A stretch of DNA of 64,000 nt from a bacterium (GTDB lineage: Bacteria; UBA8248), in assembly GCA_965200245.1 (NCBI GenBank), contig CBDATS010000015.1, positions 373,209-437,208 of the forward strand, in the 5' to 3' direction. Both the position numbers and the translations under genes were made by a program. The notes below the pieces were generated by a model that ran no database searches, was not told where the DNA came from, and saw only the letters and a list, made by a program, of their open reading frames with translations. Below, piece by piece: positions 39,072-49,066 of the stretch (positions are counted from its first letter, which is position 1; each line of letters begins with the position of its first letter).

Positions 39072-39688
39072 CAGTTCCTCTCCCCGTCCTGGTTTTGGCG
39101 TAAAGCGAGGCTCCTGCGCTCGGGGTGCTGGCCACGCCAGCGCTCGAAGAGTTTCTGTTCGAGTCCAAGGCATGTGAGCGTCTTGCCCACCACGTGATCA
39201 ATCAGATCCTCCATCGTCTGAGGATTGAAATAGAATCCAGGCGACGCTGGCAGTATAAAGACACCCATCAAGGCAAGTTTATGCATGTTTTCCAGGTGAA
39301 TCGCCGAAAGAGGCATCTCGCGCGGCAGGAGGATGAGTCTTTTCTGTTCCTTGAGCATCACGTCCGCCGCGCGACATATGAGGTTCTCCCCTGTACCCGT
39401 CGCTATCTGGCCCAACGTCTTCATGGAACAAGGCGCCACTACCATCGCATCGAAACCCGCACTCCCGCTTGCAGGTCGCGCACCGATGTCACTTTCGGGA
39501 TGGACGACGCTCGCCCATGACTGCAGTGTGGCAAGATCCACTGCCGTCTCATAAGTCAACACGCGGATGCCCGCCCTGGAAAGGACGAGATGCGTCTCCA
39601 CTTCGGGATACGCATCGTGCAACACCTTCATCAGGCGAACGCCGTAAATCGATCCGGAAGCGCCCGTCACGCCCACCACCACTTTCAT
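39071..39688 (-). CDS. ubiX: Flavin prenyltransferase
   Basis: VGVTGASG, ASGS, APCSMKTL, RAADV.LKE, PRE.PL..IHLENM, P.SPGFY..P. Confidence 0.95.
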   Translation of the reverse strand: MKVVVGVTGASGSIYGVRLMKVLHDAYPEVETHLVLSRAGIRVLTYETAVDLATLQSWASVVHPESDIGARPASGSAGFDAMVVAPCSMKTLGQIATGTGENLICRAADVMLKEQKRLILLPREMPLSAIHLENMHKLALMGVFILPASPGFYFNPQTMEDLIDHVVGKTLTCLGLEQKLFERWRGQHPERRSLALRQNQDGERN

Positions 39689-39713
39689 CGGAAAACTCCC
39701 GTTGGGTCAGAGC

Positions 39714-40604
39714 CTACAAACGCGCTTTCGCTATCTTGTCGTAATCACGATACAACAACGTGAAGTCATTTTCGATCATTCCGCGCTTGACGGCCTTTTC
39801 CAGAAATTCAAGCGTGGCTTCGCCATGTTCGGTATGCGCCCGGTGTTTCTTTCCCATCTTCACAGCCATGCCGACATCCTTGATCATGTTGTAGATACGC
39901 GATTTGCCGTCCCATTTCTCGGACAATATGTGGTTCGGAAAACGGAACTGGCTCGCATAGCTCCGCGCATTCGACACATTGAACACCTCGATCATGTCCT
40001 CGACCTTGAGGCCCACTCGTTCTGCCAGTTTCCCTCCCTCACACGTCGCCATGAAAATGGAGTGGCAGACCATGTTGTGGATGAGCTTCATGGCATGACC
40101 CGCACCGCTTTCACCGAGATAGAAGAGGTTGTCGGCAATGGGAACAAGGAACCGTTTCGTCCGGCGATAAGCCTTCTCGTCCCCGCCGATCATGAGCGTC
40201 AGCGTGCCCGCGGCGGCACCTGTAGCACCGCCGCTCATGCCGGCGTCGAGGTAGGCCACGCCCTTTGACTTTGCGCGACGGGCGATCCTGCGGCTTACGG
40301 CAGGATCTGAACTCGTGAAGTCGTAGATCACGAGATTCTTCCTCGCATTTGCCAGAACGCCCGCCCGCCCCTTGAGAGCCTCTTGAATTTCAGGAGAACC
40401 CGGAACCACGAAGATAATAATGCGCGCCTGCCCCGCCATTTCGCCAGGCTCAATGACCTCAACGCCCCGTTTTTTCTCCCAAGGCTTTCTCGCCTCAGGC
40501 ACTACGTCCCAGACCATCAGAGGAATCTTGGCTTTGTGGAGATTGGCGGCGACACCGCGCCCCATGTTCCCCAAACCGACTACACCTATTTTCGCTTGTG
40601 CCAT
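39714..40604 (-). CDS. NAD(P)-dependent beta-hydroxyacid dehydrogenase (HIBADH family)
   Basis: GLGNMG, D.TSSDP, LDAGMSGG..GA..GTLT.MIGG, GAGH.MKL.HN. Confidence 0.9.
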   Translation of the reverse strand: MAQAKIGVVGLGNMGRGVAANLHKAKIPLMVWDVVPEARKPWEKKRGVEVIEPGEMAGQARIIIFVVPGSPEIQEALKGRAGVLANARKNLVIYDFTSSDPAVSRRIARRAKSKGVAYLDAGMSGGATGAAAGTLTLMIGGDEKAYRRTKRFLVPIADNLFYLGESGAGHAMKLIHNMVCHSIFMATCEGGKLAERVGLKVEDMIEVFNVSNARSYASQFRFPNHILSEKWDGKSRIYNMIKDVGMAVKMGKKHRAHTEHGEATLEFLEKAVKRGMIENDFTLLYRDYDKIAKARL

Positions 40605-40639
40605 TTCCGGTTTCTCTATCTCCTGTGCCTGCCCGACGA

Positions 40640-42364
40640 CTAGTCCCGGGCCGTAGCGGACGAATATGTCTTGAGCGGATCTGTATCGAACAGAATCTCG
40701 CCGTCTTCTCCGAGTGTAAGGCGCGTTACGAAACTGCAATCCGCCTCGTTCGTCTCGGGGTAATCCAACCGGAAATGTGCCCCCCGGCTCTCATTTCTGT
40801 TGAGGGCGGCGGTAGCAAGGAGTTTCCCCAACAGCGCAAGGTTCCGTACCGAGAGCGCGCTTTCGAGTTCCTGCCCTTTCGTTTTCTCGGAGGTGCGCGC
40901 GCCGTCATCCAGCCTCATATTCGGAATCTCCTCGTTCTCGATGCGTGCATATTCTTCCAGTGCGTGCCGGCAGCCATCGGCATCCCGTATGGGCCCCAGT
41001 TTCTCGTGCGCGAGCATCCGGCAACGCATGCGGACATCTTTCTGGAGTGGTCCGTCTTCACGCCCGATGAGTGCTTCCAGCCAGGCACGATCGGCCTCGG
41101 GAATATCGCCGAAAACCGGAGGTGCGTCCTGTTCGCTTTCTTTCACTTTTCCGGAGACCGCCCGGCCAGTCCGTCTCCCGTACACCAGAGAAGCCGAAAG
41201 AGCGGAGCCGCCGATACGGTTACCACCATGAATGCCGCCCCCTGTCTCACCTGCAGCCCAAAGGCCCGGCACGCTCGTTCTGCCGTCGACATCTATCTCA
41301 AGCCCGCCAAGCCATGTATGGCTTCCCGGGGCCACCTCCAGAGGCGTTTTCGCAATATCGATGCCGCGTGAGAGGCAGGTCTTGTACACGTGGGGGATCT
41401 GTTTCTGGATCGTCTCCATGGGAACCTTCGTCGCATCCATGTAGATGCCGCCCGTCAGGCCCGCGCGGCCTGCGTGAATCTCTTTCGCCATGGCGAGTAT
41501 TACCTCGCTGCGCGTGCTTTTTTCCGCTGTATCGGGAAAATATCGCTTCAGGAACGCCTCTCCCTCCTGATTCAGGAAAATGGCGCCCGCGTTGATGAAA
41601 CCCGTCGGATGCGGAGCGAAACCGAAAAGTTCCTCGGGTGCGCAGCACATGGCCTGAAAATCGATCATCTCGATACCGAGAAGAGAAGCACCTGCCCGGA
41701 ATCCCAGCACGTAGCCGTCGCCCGTCACTTGGGGCGGATTGTCGTTCACGTAGAAAAGACCGCTTCCTCCGCCGGTGGCCAGAATTACCTCGCGCGCGGC
41801 GTAGGCCATGAGGCAGCCGCGCGAGTAGTCGACTCCCCACGCGCCGATGACGTGGCCATTTTCCGTAATGAGGTCCACGATGGCCGTATGCGGGTGCTGG
41901 CCGATACGGGCGTCGCTCCTCAACCTCTTCGAGAGCACCTTGGTGGCCATGTTGCCCGTGGTGTCGTGGTGATGCAGGGCGCGGGGATAGGTGTGGCTCG
42001 GGAACATCTTGAGGTCGAGGTCCCCATTATCGTCCGTGATGAATTCCGCTCCCCATTCGCGCAGGTCGTGTACCACGTCGATGATGTCGTGGACCCAGGT
42101 TTTCGCCAGCTCGGGATCGATGAGTTCGCCGCCGTATCTGAGAATTTCCTGCAGGTGAAGTTCGGGGCTGTCGCCCGGCGCCATCGCCGCTGCGAAACCA
42201 CCTCTCGCCACGGTCGTCGTGCCGCTCGTGGCGCGGCCCTTGGTTGCCTGTATCACGCGTACACCCGCCTGCGCACACTCGAAAGCGGCCATCGTGCCCG
42301 CCGCGCCTCCGCCCACGATCAACACGTCGGTCTCGTGGCGTTCTGTCGCGATGTTCCCTGCCAT
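40640..42364 (-). CDS. SdhA/FrdA/NadB-family FAD-dependent oxidoreductase, standalone
   Basis: DVLIVGGGAAG, LATGG, TGDG, H..LGG, PGLWAAGE...G.HG.NR.GG..L, ESRGAHFR.DYP. Confidence 0.9.
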   Translation of the reverse strand: MAGNIATERHETDVLIVGGGAAGTMAAFECAQAGVRVIQATKGRATSGTTTVARGGFAAAMAPGDSPELHLQEILRYGGELIDPELAKTWVHDIIDVVHDLREWGAEFITDDNGDLDLKMFPSHTYPRALHHHDTTGNMATKVLSKRLRSDARIGQHPHTAIVDLITENGHVIGAWGVDYSRGCLMAYAAREVILATGGGSGLFYVNDNPPQVTGDGYVLGFRAGASLLGIEMIDFQAMCCAPEELFGFAPHPTGFINAGAIFLNQEGEAFLKRYFPDTAEKSTRSEVILAMAKEIHAGRAGLTGGIYMDATKVPMETIQKQIPHVYKTCLSRGIDIAKTPLEVAPGSHTWLGGLEIDVDGRTSVPGLWAAGETGGGIHGGNRIGGSALSASLVYGRRTGRAVSGKVKESEQDAPPVFGDIPEADRAWLEALIGREDGPLQKDVRMRCRMLAHEKLGPIRDADGCRHALEEYARIENEEIPNMRLDDGARTSEKTKGQELESALSVRNLALLGKLLATAALNRNESRGAHFRLDYPETNEADCSFVTRLTLGEDGEILFDTDPLKTYSSATARD

Positions 42365-42467
42365 CCGAATCGTCCTCTCGTACCGATGATTTGTGAATAT
42401 GAAAAACCGGAGGGCATCTTAAAACATTTCAGGAAAAAAGACTCCCTGCGATAGATGGCATGCTGAT

Positions 42468-43715
42468 TTATCCGCCCCGCGCAAGCATTTCGATCATCTT
42501 GTCGGCACACGCATCTGCGAAGGTCGAATCGTTGATGTGCATATCGAGCGATACGATCTCACCCGCCTTCAGGTGCTCCCGAAGCGATGCAACAAAAGCG
42601 GCGTCTACCTCCGGTTGACGCCAATAGCCCGCATCGCGCCCTTCCAGATCGTGTGCCTTCCGCTTGGTGTGTTCGCTGTAGCCCCTGTCAGGAATCAGCA
42701 CCGAGAAGGGCCCCATGGCCCGGTTCAGCTTTTCCGCCATCAGGACGCCGAGCGCCTCGAATTCCTCCCTGTTGGTGCGCATGAGGAGATTCTGGGCGTT
42801 GTACTGGAAAAATGCCCTGCTCCGGTATTTCTCGGGCACCTGACCCGTCCAGAAATTCGCGTGATCGAGCGCGCCCGGAACAACGACCTGGGGAATGCCC
42901 GCGGCCCCCGCCGCCTCAAGCCTGCCCTCGCCCGCGCTGTATACGCCGTCCACGAGCAGGTCGGTGAGTTCGTGCGTGGTAACGTCTACCACGCCCGCTA
43001 ACTCACCCAACCCGGCCAGGGATTCGAGAGCGCGCCCGCCGGGTCCTGAGGCGTGAAAGAACATGACCTCATAACCCGCCTCGGTGAGCCTCTTCTCCAC
43101 ACGTTCGACACACGCCGCCGTCCCGCCAAAAGAAGACACACCGATCAAGGGCGGCGCGGGGTGTTCGATCTCTTCCGCTGTGTTCCTTCCCTTCACCATC
43201 CCTGTGAGAGCCAGGGCCGCATTCGTGAGCACCCCACGCGTGATGCGGTTAAGGGATATGTCGCCAATGGAGGGAAACATGATGATGTCGCTTTCGGCCA
43301 CGTACCATTGCACGGCCGCCGTAGCGGCGACAACGCTCACCATCACCTTGGGGGTGAGGGGCGGCAGCGCGCGCATGATGGAGCAGGCCATCGAGGTGCC
43401 GTTCGCACCGCCGAGGCCGGCTGCCCCGTGTATCTCGCCCTTTTGAAACTTTTCGGACACAATCCGCTTGCCGCCTGCCATCATTATCTCGGAAGCCGCG
43501 TTTCTCTCCATACCGGCCAGATCGTCCCAACCCTTCCCCGCGGCACTGGCCACCTCGGCTCCACTCACGTCAGCGCCCCCTGCTCCGTGCGGTTTGCAGG
43601 AGATATCCACCAGGAGGGGTTTCACGCCCGATTCCGCGAGCGCATCCGCCAGAAAACGCGCCTCTGCCCCCTTGCTGTCCATCGTCACCAAAACCGCCAC
43701 AGCCGGAATCGACAT
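42468..43715 (-). CDS. Tm-1-like ATP-binding domain protein (UPF0261)
   Basis: T.D.KG.E, GG..GT, MR.LP...PK.MVS, LNRI, FHA.G.GGRA.E, D.TT.E..D, RL.AA...GIPQV..PGALD, LMRT, HIND..FA. Confidence 0.88.
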   Translation of the reverse strand: MSIPAVAVLVTMDSKGAEARFLADALAESGVKPLLVDISCKPHGAGGADVSGAEVASAAGKGWDDLAGMERNAASEIMMAGGKRIVSEKFQKGEIHGAAGLGGANGTSMACSIMRALPPLTPKVMVSVVAATAAVQWYVAESDIIMFPSIGDISLNRITRGVLTNAALALTGMVKGRNTAEEIEHPAPPLIGVSSFGGTAACVERVEKRLTEAGYEVMFFHASGPGGRALESLAGLGELAGVVDVTTHELTDLLVDGVYSAGEGRLEAAGAAGIPQVVVPGALDHANFWTGQVPEKYRSRAFFQYNAQNLLMRTNREEFEALGVLMAEKLNRAMGPFSVLIPDRGYSEHTKRKAHDLEGRDAGYWRQPEVDAAFVASLREHLKAGEIVSLDMHINDSTFADACADKMIEMLARGG

Positions 43716-43769
43716 TTTCCCCTTATCCCACAATACACATCAGAAAAGTTATGCTGAAAGGACGCGATA

Positions 43770-44606
43770 TTATTTGCGCAGCCGCACCGACTTGAAGCCC
43801 TGCGCCGCTTTCGGCACCGCATCCTCCACCGGAAAGCGTTCGGCGGATGAACCGCCCACATAGCCGTCGAAGCGGGTCTCCAAGTCGAGAAGCTTCTCGA
43901 AGTCGGCGGGTGTTTCTATTGCGCCCCCGTGACAAGTGAATATTCTCTTTTCATATTTCGGCAACAGGGCGTCGAAGACAGCCGCCGCCCGTTGCGCGGC
44001 TTCTTCAAGCGGCATTACGGTTTTGGAGCCAATGGAACCGCCAGAACTGTTCCCGAAGTGAATGATAATATTGTCTACGCCAGCCTCGGCCATGGCGAGG
44101 GCCTCATCCGGTGTTGTGGTAAAGGCTTTTGTGAACAGGCCCTTGTTCCCGGCGTATTCCAGTAAATCCACCTCTTTTGAAAAACCCATGCCGGTTTCTT
44201 CCAGGTCTTTTCTGAAGTTTCCGTCGATAAGGGCGACGGTGGGACAGTTCATCACCCCCTGAAAGCCGGCCGTCCCGATTCTGTCCACGAAGGAGAACAT
44301 GTTCCTCGTCGGGTCGGTCCCCAGAAGGCCCGCGATGACAGGACATTCCTTCACCACGTTCAGTATGGATCGCTCGCCCAATTCGAGAGTAATGGCGTTC
44401 GCGTCTCCGATGGGCAGATAGCCCGCCATTGAACTTAAACCCTGCATCCGGTAATAGGCGAGATTGAAGGTGGTGACGAGGTCTGCTCCGCCACGTGCGG
44501 CGAATTTTGCCGTGATCCCACTTCCGCAAAGCGCGTCGTAGACGGCGCGTCCGGCGTCCCTCTCGGCCCACAGACGATCCACGATGTCATTCCTGGACAG
44601 GCTCAT
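43770..44606 (-). CDS. Phosphoenolpyruvate-hydrolase-like TIM-barrel protein
   Basis: G.G.TAK....GGADL, RM.G..S.AG.LP.GDAN, PV.AG..GTDP, GF.GV.N.PTV.LIDG.FR..LEETGMG, HGG.I..P.D, G..G.SS.ER.P.E. Confidence 0.88.
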   Translation of the reverse strand: MSLSRNDIVDRLWAERDAGRAVYDALCGSGITAKFAARGGADLVTTFNLAYYRMQGLSSMAGYLPIGDANAITLELGERSILNVVKECPVIAGLLGTDPTRNMFSFVDRIGTAGFQGVMNCPTVALIDGNFRKDLEETGMGFSKEVDLLEYAGNKGLFTKAFTTTPDEALAMAEAGVDNIIIHFGNSSGGSIGSKTVMPLEEAAQRAAAVFDALLPKYEKRIFTCHGGAIETPADFEKLLDLETRFDGYVGGSSAERFPVEDAVPKAAQGFKSVRLRK

Positions 44607-44642
44607 AAATATATTACCTCCTGAATATCAACCACTTACATA

Positions 44643-44659
44643 TAATTTTCGAGAAATTA
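44643..44659. promoter_or_regulatory. Palindromic candidate operator upstream of the catabolic cluster
   Basis: TAATTT-N5-AAATTA in the AT-rich region ~40 nt upstream of the 44606 start. Confidence 0.35.
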
Positions 44660-44836
44660 CACAACATGCCAGCATATAAGTATTTATCGGAAATTAGCAT
44701 GTGGTGAGCCCAAAAATTTTTCACTTGCTACCATTGCCGTCTTTGTGTGACAATAGGCCATCGAAAGGGTAGGCGATATATTGCCTTCAAAATCATAGTG
44801 TTCTAGGGGAAAGTTCGAGTGGTCCCGTTCGCCCGG

Positions 44837-44866
44837 GCCGCTCCGCCCCGAACTGGGTGGAGCGGC
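44837..44866. terminator. GC-rich stem-loop downstream of the vWA operon
   Basis: GCCGCTCCGCCC / GGGTGGAGCGGC, 12 bp with one imperfect pair. Confidence 0.4.
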
Positions 44867-44918
44867 ACGGGGCCATATAGTTCCGTGGAACGGTCCGATA
44901 GAAAATCTCCAATCTGGT

Positions 44919-47051
44919 TCAAGTCCTGTCCGCCAAGAAGGCTTCGCCCACGAGCATTCCTCCAAGTACAAGAAAAAGAAGAGCGCCCAGATCGATGAGC
45001 CTCAGGATGGAACGCAGCGGATCCGAGTCGTCCGCAGGCAAGTCGCGCACGTCGAGTTTATCCAGCTTTTGCCTGAATGTGCCCATCTCCATAGGAGAGA
45101 TATTCGCTTCCGATGCGGGCGTGTTGACGGCCACAAAATGTTTTTCATCAGGTGTAAGCACACGATAAAAACCGGCGCGCCAAGCATCGCGGTAATAGGC
45201 CACCGCACCTCCGCTTCCAGATTTCCCTAACCTCAGCCTGTTTGCGGATTCGGTTTCAGAAGTCACTCTATTCTCCTCAAACTGAATCGCGCGCTCCTCT
45301 CGGTCGGGGCCTTGTACCTGTACGGCCTCCCCGACCCGTCTTGTAGACGCCCTGATCTCGAACATGTCACCTGCGTCTGTGGATGATGACACTCCTTTTC
45401 GGGCACCTCCCAAAAAATCGGAAACCCCTCTAATAAAAGGAACAAAAACGGGCCGCACGGCAAGGTCGGTCCAGTCCCGATCACAAGTAGAACCCCAAAC
45501 AATCACCTGCCCCGCACCCATCGATCCGGCCACCAAGATGGGGGTTCCGTCGGGAAGCTCCAGCAAGGCGCGCCCGCCCCTCGATGACTCAAGAGGCGTA
45601 ATACGAGCGAGACGCAAGGCGGAGAAAAACCGTCCACCGTTCGCCCCCAGCAAAGAGAAGACCGGGTGTGTTTCTTCCCCCGAGGTGATCTTGAGACTCC
45701 GGGAGGGTCGTAACGTCACGGGTCCTCTTCTCGTGGCAGGAAGCCAGTCAAGCGCTGGCCTCTTCCCACTCGACAGTTCGCCTGCAGCCCAGAGAAGGCC
45801 GCCGCCTTTCTCGACGAAACTTCTCAGCCTCTGCCTCCCCGGCTCGGGCCAGTTCCCCACGTTGCAGGCGATGACGTAGTCGTACTCATCCCACGCGACA
45901 TTGTTCAGTTCATAAGACGCCACCACTCGCGTCAGGACCGGGGATTCTCCGCCCGGAGGGGCCGCACTCAAGGAGTTCACTATGAAAAAGGTTTCGCTGT
46001 CCTGGAGCCCACGTTTCGGATCTCCGTCAATGATCAGGGCACGCAGACGCTTTCCGATGCCGGCAGCAAAATAGAAGCGGTTTGTCGCCGAAAGATTGTC
46101 TTTCGGTAATTCGAGGCGTCCGAAGAGCACGCCCGTTTTCGGTGCGTTCACCCGGAAACTTACCGGGGTCGATGCGTTCGGCTCAACATCCAGTTCAACC
46201 GTTTCCTGCAGTTCTTCTCCCACGTACAACTGAACGGGCACTTTGGACTTCGGAACTTCTCCCCGGTTGAAGACGCGCGCCCCGATCGTGAAGGAAAAAC
46301 CCGCCTTTGGCGGCCAGGGTTTCATCTTCACGTCCTGAAAACTCATATCCTCCACACCGGCTTCGGGAGCCACGCGCACGAACTGCAGATGAACGTGCGG
46401 GTTCCATTCCTTGAGATTTCGAATCTGGAAAGATTCCCAATCGCCCCGGGCGAAATCACTGAAAACGACGATGTCTCTCCTCCCCGCCCTGTTCGATGCG
46501 CCCTCCAGCGCCTGCTGAACGACACGGGCAGGATCCCCCTTGCCGTCCGTCAGGCGCACTCTCTCCAGCGCAGCGAATGCCTCCTTGCGGTTCAACTCCT
46601 TCAGCGGAAAGTCAGTCGATTCACCGGCCGTCACAAGGATACTCATGCGATCGGAACTGTACATATCCTCGATCATCCGCCTGACGGCACGCCTGGACGC
46701 TTCAAAGCGGCTGCCTTTTTCCGTTTCGAACGCCATGCTCGCAGAGTTGTCGATCACTGCGACGGTGTGGACCGGGAACCATCCGATGCCGGCCACACCG
46801 CCTTCGGTTTCAAGAAGGGGGCGCGACGCCAGGAAGATGATTATTCCCACGGCGCATATGCGAAGGAGCAGGAGTATCCAGTTTCTGAGCCTGCTTCGAT
46901 TCGTGATGCGGCGCTGCGTTCTGAGCAGAAACTCGAAGGTGGGAAGCCTGTACCTTCGGACGAGGCGCCTCCTGAGCAGGTGGATCAGAATGGGCAACAA
47001 TACAAGTCCCATCCCCCAAAGCAGCGCGCCGTGCAAGAATTGAAAACCCAA
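44919..47051 (-). CDS. BatA-N-terminal / vWA domain membrane protein
   Basis: LPILIHLL.R, F..FL, LL.LLR......LASRP (BatA), MIDAS DNSASM, VFSDF, C-terminal TM helix. Confidence 0.88.
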   Translation of the reverse strand: MGFQFLHGALLWGMGLVLLPILIHLLRRRLVRRYRLPTFEFLLRTQRRITNRSRLRNWILLLLRICAVGIIIFLASRPLLETEGGVAGIGWFPVHTVAVIDNSASMAFETEKGSRFEASRRAVRRMIEDMYSSDRMSILVTAGESTDFPLKELNRKEAFAALERVRLTDGKGDPARVVQQALEGASNRAGRRDIVVFSDFARGDWESFQIRNLKEWNPHVHLQFVRVAPEAGVEDMSFQDVKMKPWPPKAGFSFTIGARVFNRGEVPKSKVPVQLYVGEELQETVELDVEPNASTPVSFRVNAPKTGVLFGRLELPKDNLSATNRFYFAAGIGKRLRALIIDGDPKRGLQDSETFFIVNSLSAAPPGGESPVLTRVVASYELNNVAWDEYDYVIACNVGNWPEPGRQRLRSFVEKGGGLLWAAGELSSGKRPALDWLPATRRGPVTLRPSRSLKITSGEETHPVFSLLGANGGRFFSALRLARITPLESSRGGRALLELPDGTPILVAGSMGAGQVIVWGSTCDRDWTDLAVRPVFVPFIRGVSDFLGGARKGVSSSTDAGDMFEIRASTRRVGEAVQVQGPDREERAIQFEENRVTSETESANRLRLGKSGSGGAVAYYRDAWRAGFYRVLTPDEKHFVAVNTPASEANISPMEMGTFRQKLDKLDVRDLPADDSDPLRSILRLIDLGALLFLVLGGMLVGEAFLADRT

Positions 47052-47075
47052 GTTCCCTTCTCCCCGAACGCCTCG

Positions 47076-47969
47076 TTACACTCTCGACCGGCTGCGCCAT
47101 GCCAGAAACCGGACGAGTCCTCTGTCGAGCGGCTCGGCAGTGGAGACGAGGTGATAGTCCACCCCCAGATCCGCGCAACGTTCACGCGTCTGTTCGAGAA
47201 ATTCCTCCAGAAGACCGAGGTAGGGTCTTTTTACCACCTCGCATTCCACCGTGATGTTCCTGTCCGTCTCGACGTCATCCATCCTGGCGAGACCCTCAAA
47301 GGGAAATTCAAGCTCCATACTGTCGAGAATCTGGAAAACGATGACGTCGTTTCCCTTGAGGCACAGCAGCTTGAGCGCCTGTTCCACGATTTCGGGATCA
47401 TCAAGCAGATCGGAAATGATGACGACAAGTCCCCTGCGCTTCAGGCGTTCTGCCAGCGCAAGCATGGAACGGGCGATTCCCGTTCCGCCTTCCGGCCTGG
47501 CCGCCTGAAGACCTGCCAGCAACGTCAGAAGATGTTTCCTTATGGACTTCGTTGGAATCTGTGCGTCTTCCGTCTCACTGGAAACCACAAGGCCCACCGA
47601 ATCGGACTGGCCCAACAGCAAATGGGCCACCGCCGAGGACAGCGTGGCTGCATATTCCCACTTGCTCAGGGCGCCGTCGCCGAAATCCATCGAGGCACTT
47701 GCATCGACGACGAGATACGCATGGAGATTCGTCTCATCCTCGAATTGCTTTACCAGGTAGCGGTCGAATTTTCCGTAGGCTTTCCAGTCGATGTGCCGCA
47801 GTTCGTCGCCGGGCGAATAAGCCCTGTGTTCTTCGAAATCGACGCTGAATCCCCGCGAACGGCTCCTGTGCACGCCACTCATCAAACCCTCGACCACGTG
47901 ACGGGCCCGTAACTGAAGGTTGGAGAGTCGTGAAATAACGACAGGGTCGAAATACTGAGCCGAATTCAA
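47076..47969 (-). CDS. DUF58-domain (vWA-like) protein
   Basis: G.H.S..RGFSVDF.EHR.Y.PGD..R.IDWK, VKQFEDETN, DASASM, IISDLLD. Confidence 0.92.
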   Translation of the reverse strand: MNSAQYFDPVVISRLSNLQLRARHVVEGLMSGVHRSRSRGFSVDFEEHRAYSPGDELRHIDWKAYGKFDRYLVKQFEDETNLHAYLVVDASASMDFGDGALSKWEYAATLSSAVAHLLLGQSDSVGLVVSSETEDAQIPTKSIRKHLLTLLAGLQAARPEGGTGIARSMLALAERLKRRGLVVIISDLLDDPEIVEQALKLLCLKGNDVIVFQILDSMELEFPFEGLARMDDVETDRNITVECEVVKRPYLGLLEEFLEQTRERCADLGVDYHLVSTAEPLDRGLVRFLAWRSRSRV

Positions 47970-47992
47970 GGCAATTCCCTTTGAGCAGATGC

Positions 47993-49051
47993 CTACGCGG
48001 CTTCCGTGCTCTCCGCCGGGGGTGCAATGGTCTCGAGCAGTTGCCGTATCAAAGAGACGGCGTCATGGCCCTCTGCCTGGCCCCGGAAGTTCACCAGAAT
48101 CCTGTGCCTCAGCACGGGTTCGGCCAGTGCCCTTACATCCTCTATGGTGGCGGCGTAACGCCCCCGCAGGAGGGCCCGTGCACGCGCGCCCAAAATCAGA
48201 TACTGGCTCGCTCTCGGACCCGCACCCCACTCCACGAAACGGCGAACGAAGTCGGGCGCCGTTTCATCGTCGGGACGCGATGCACGAGCGAGCGACACGG
48301 CGTACTCCACCAGGTAGGGAGCCGCAGGCACACGGCGCACCAGTTCCTGAAACGCCAGAATCTCCTCGCTGTCCATAATCTCTTCGAGTTTCGGGTCGTA
48401 GTTCGAAGTTGTTTGCGCGACGATTTCCTTTTCTTCTGCGAGGCTGGGATACGACACCCCGATCTCGAACATGAACCTGTCCAGTTGCGCCTCGGGAAGC
48501 GGATAGGTACCTTCCTGTTCTACTGGATTCTGGGTCGCCAGGACAAAAAACGGCGGCGTCAGGTAATGCGCCTGCCCGCCAGCCGTTATATGCAGTTCCT
48601 GCATGGCCTGCAGGAGAGCTGCCTGCGTTTTGGGCGATGTGCGGTTGATCTCGTCCGCCAGTAGTATCTGCGTGAAAATGGGCCCACGAATGAAGCGGAA
48701 TGAGCGCCTCCCCTCCATGGTGTCGTCCAGAATGTCCGTGCCCGTAATGTCCGACGGCATAAGATCGGGCGTGAACTGTATCCGATTGAAATCGAGTTGC
48801 AGTACTCGCGCCAGAGTACGTATCAGCAATGTTTTCGCCAGTCCCGGAACGCCGACCAGAAGGCTGTGACCCTTTGAGAGCAGAGCTATCAAAACCAGAT
48901 CGATGACCTCTGCCTGACCGACGATGATCTTGTGCACCTGCTCGAGAATGGCGTCGCGCTTCACGCCTATCTCGCGCGCCACTTCCACATCCGCCTCGCT
49001 CATGTTCGAAGCTTCGTTTTCCACATTGCCTGTCACATCGTTCATTCTCAT
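47993..49051 (-). CDS. moxR: MoxR-family AAA+ ATPase
   Basis: [62 protein letters not shown]. Confidence 0.95.
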   Translation of the reverse strand: MRMNDVTGNVENEASNMSEADVEVAREIGVKRDAILEQVHKIIVGQAEVIDLVLIALLSKGHSLLVGVPGLAKTLLIRTLARVLQLDFNRIQFTPDLMPSDITGTDILDDTMEGRRSFRFIRGPIFTQILLADEINRTSPKTQAALLQAMQELHITAGGQAHYLTPPFFVLATQNPVEQEGTYPLPEAQLDRFMFEIGVSYPSLAEEKEIVAQTTSNYDPKLEEIMDSEEILAFQELVRRVPAAPYLVEYAVSLARASRPDDETAPDFVRRFVEWGAGPRASQYLILGARARALLRGRYAATIEDVRALAEPVLRHRILVNFRGQAEGHDAVSLIRQLLETIAPPAESTEAA

Positions 49052-49066
49052 CGCCTCTCTGTGGAT

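Noticed and set aside
40640-42364. True sdhA, frdA or nadB
   Set aside because: Lacks the covalent-FAD His and the QFHP motif; no sdhB/C or nadA/C neighbours.
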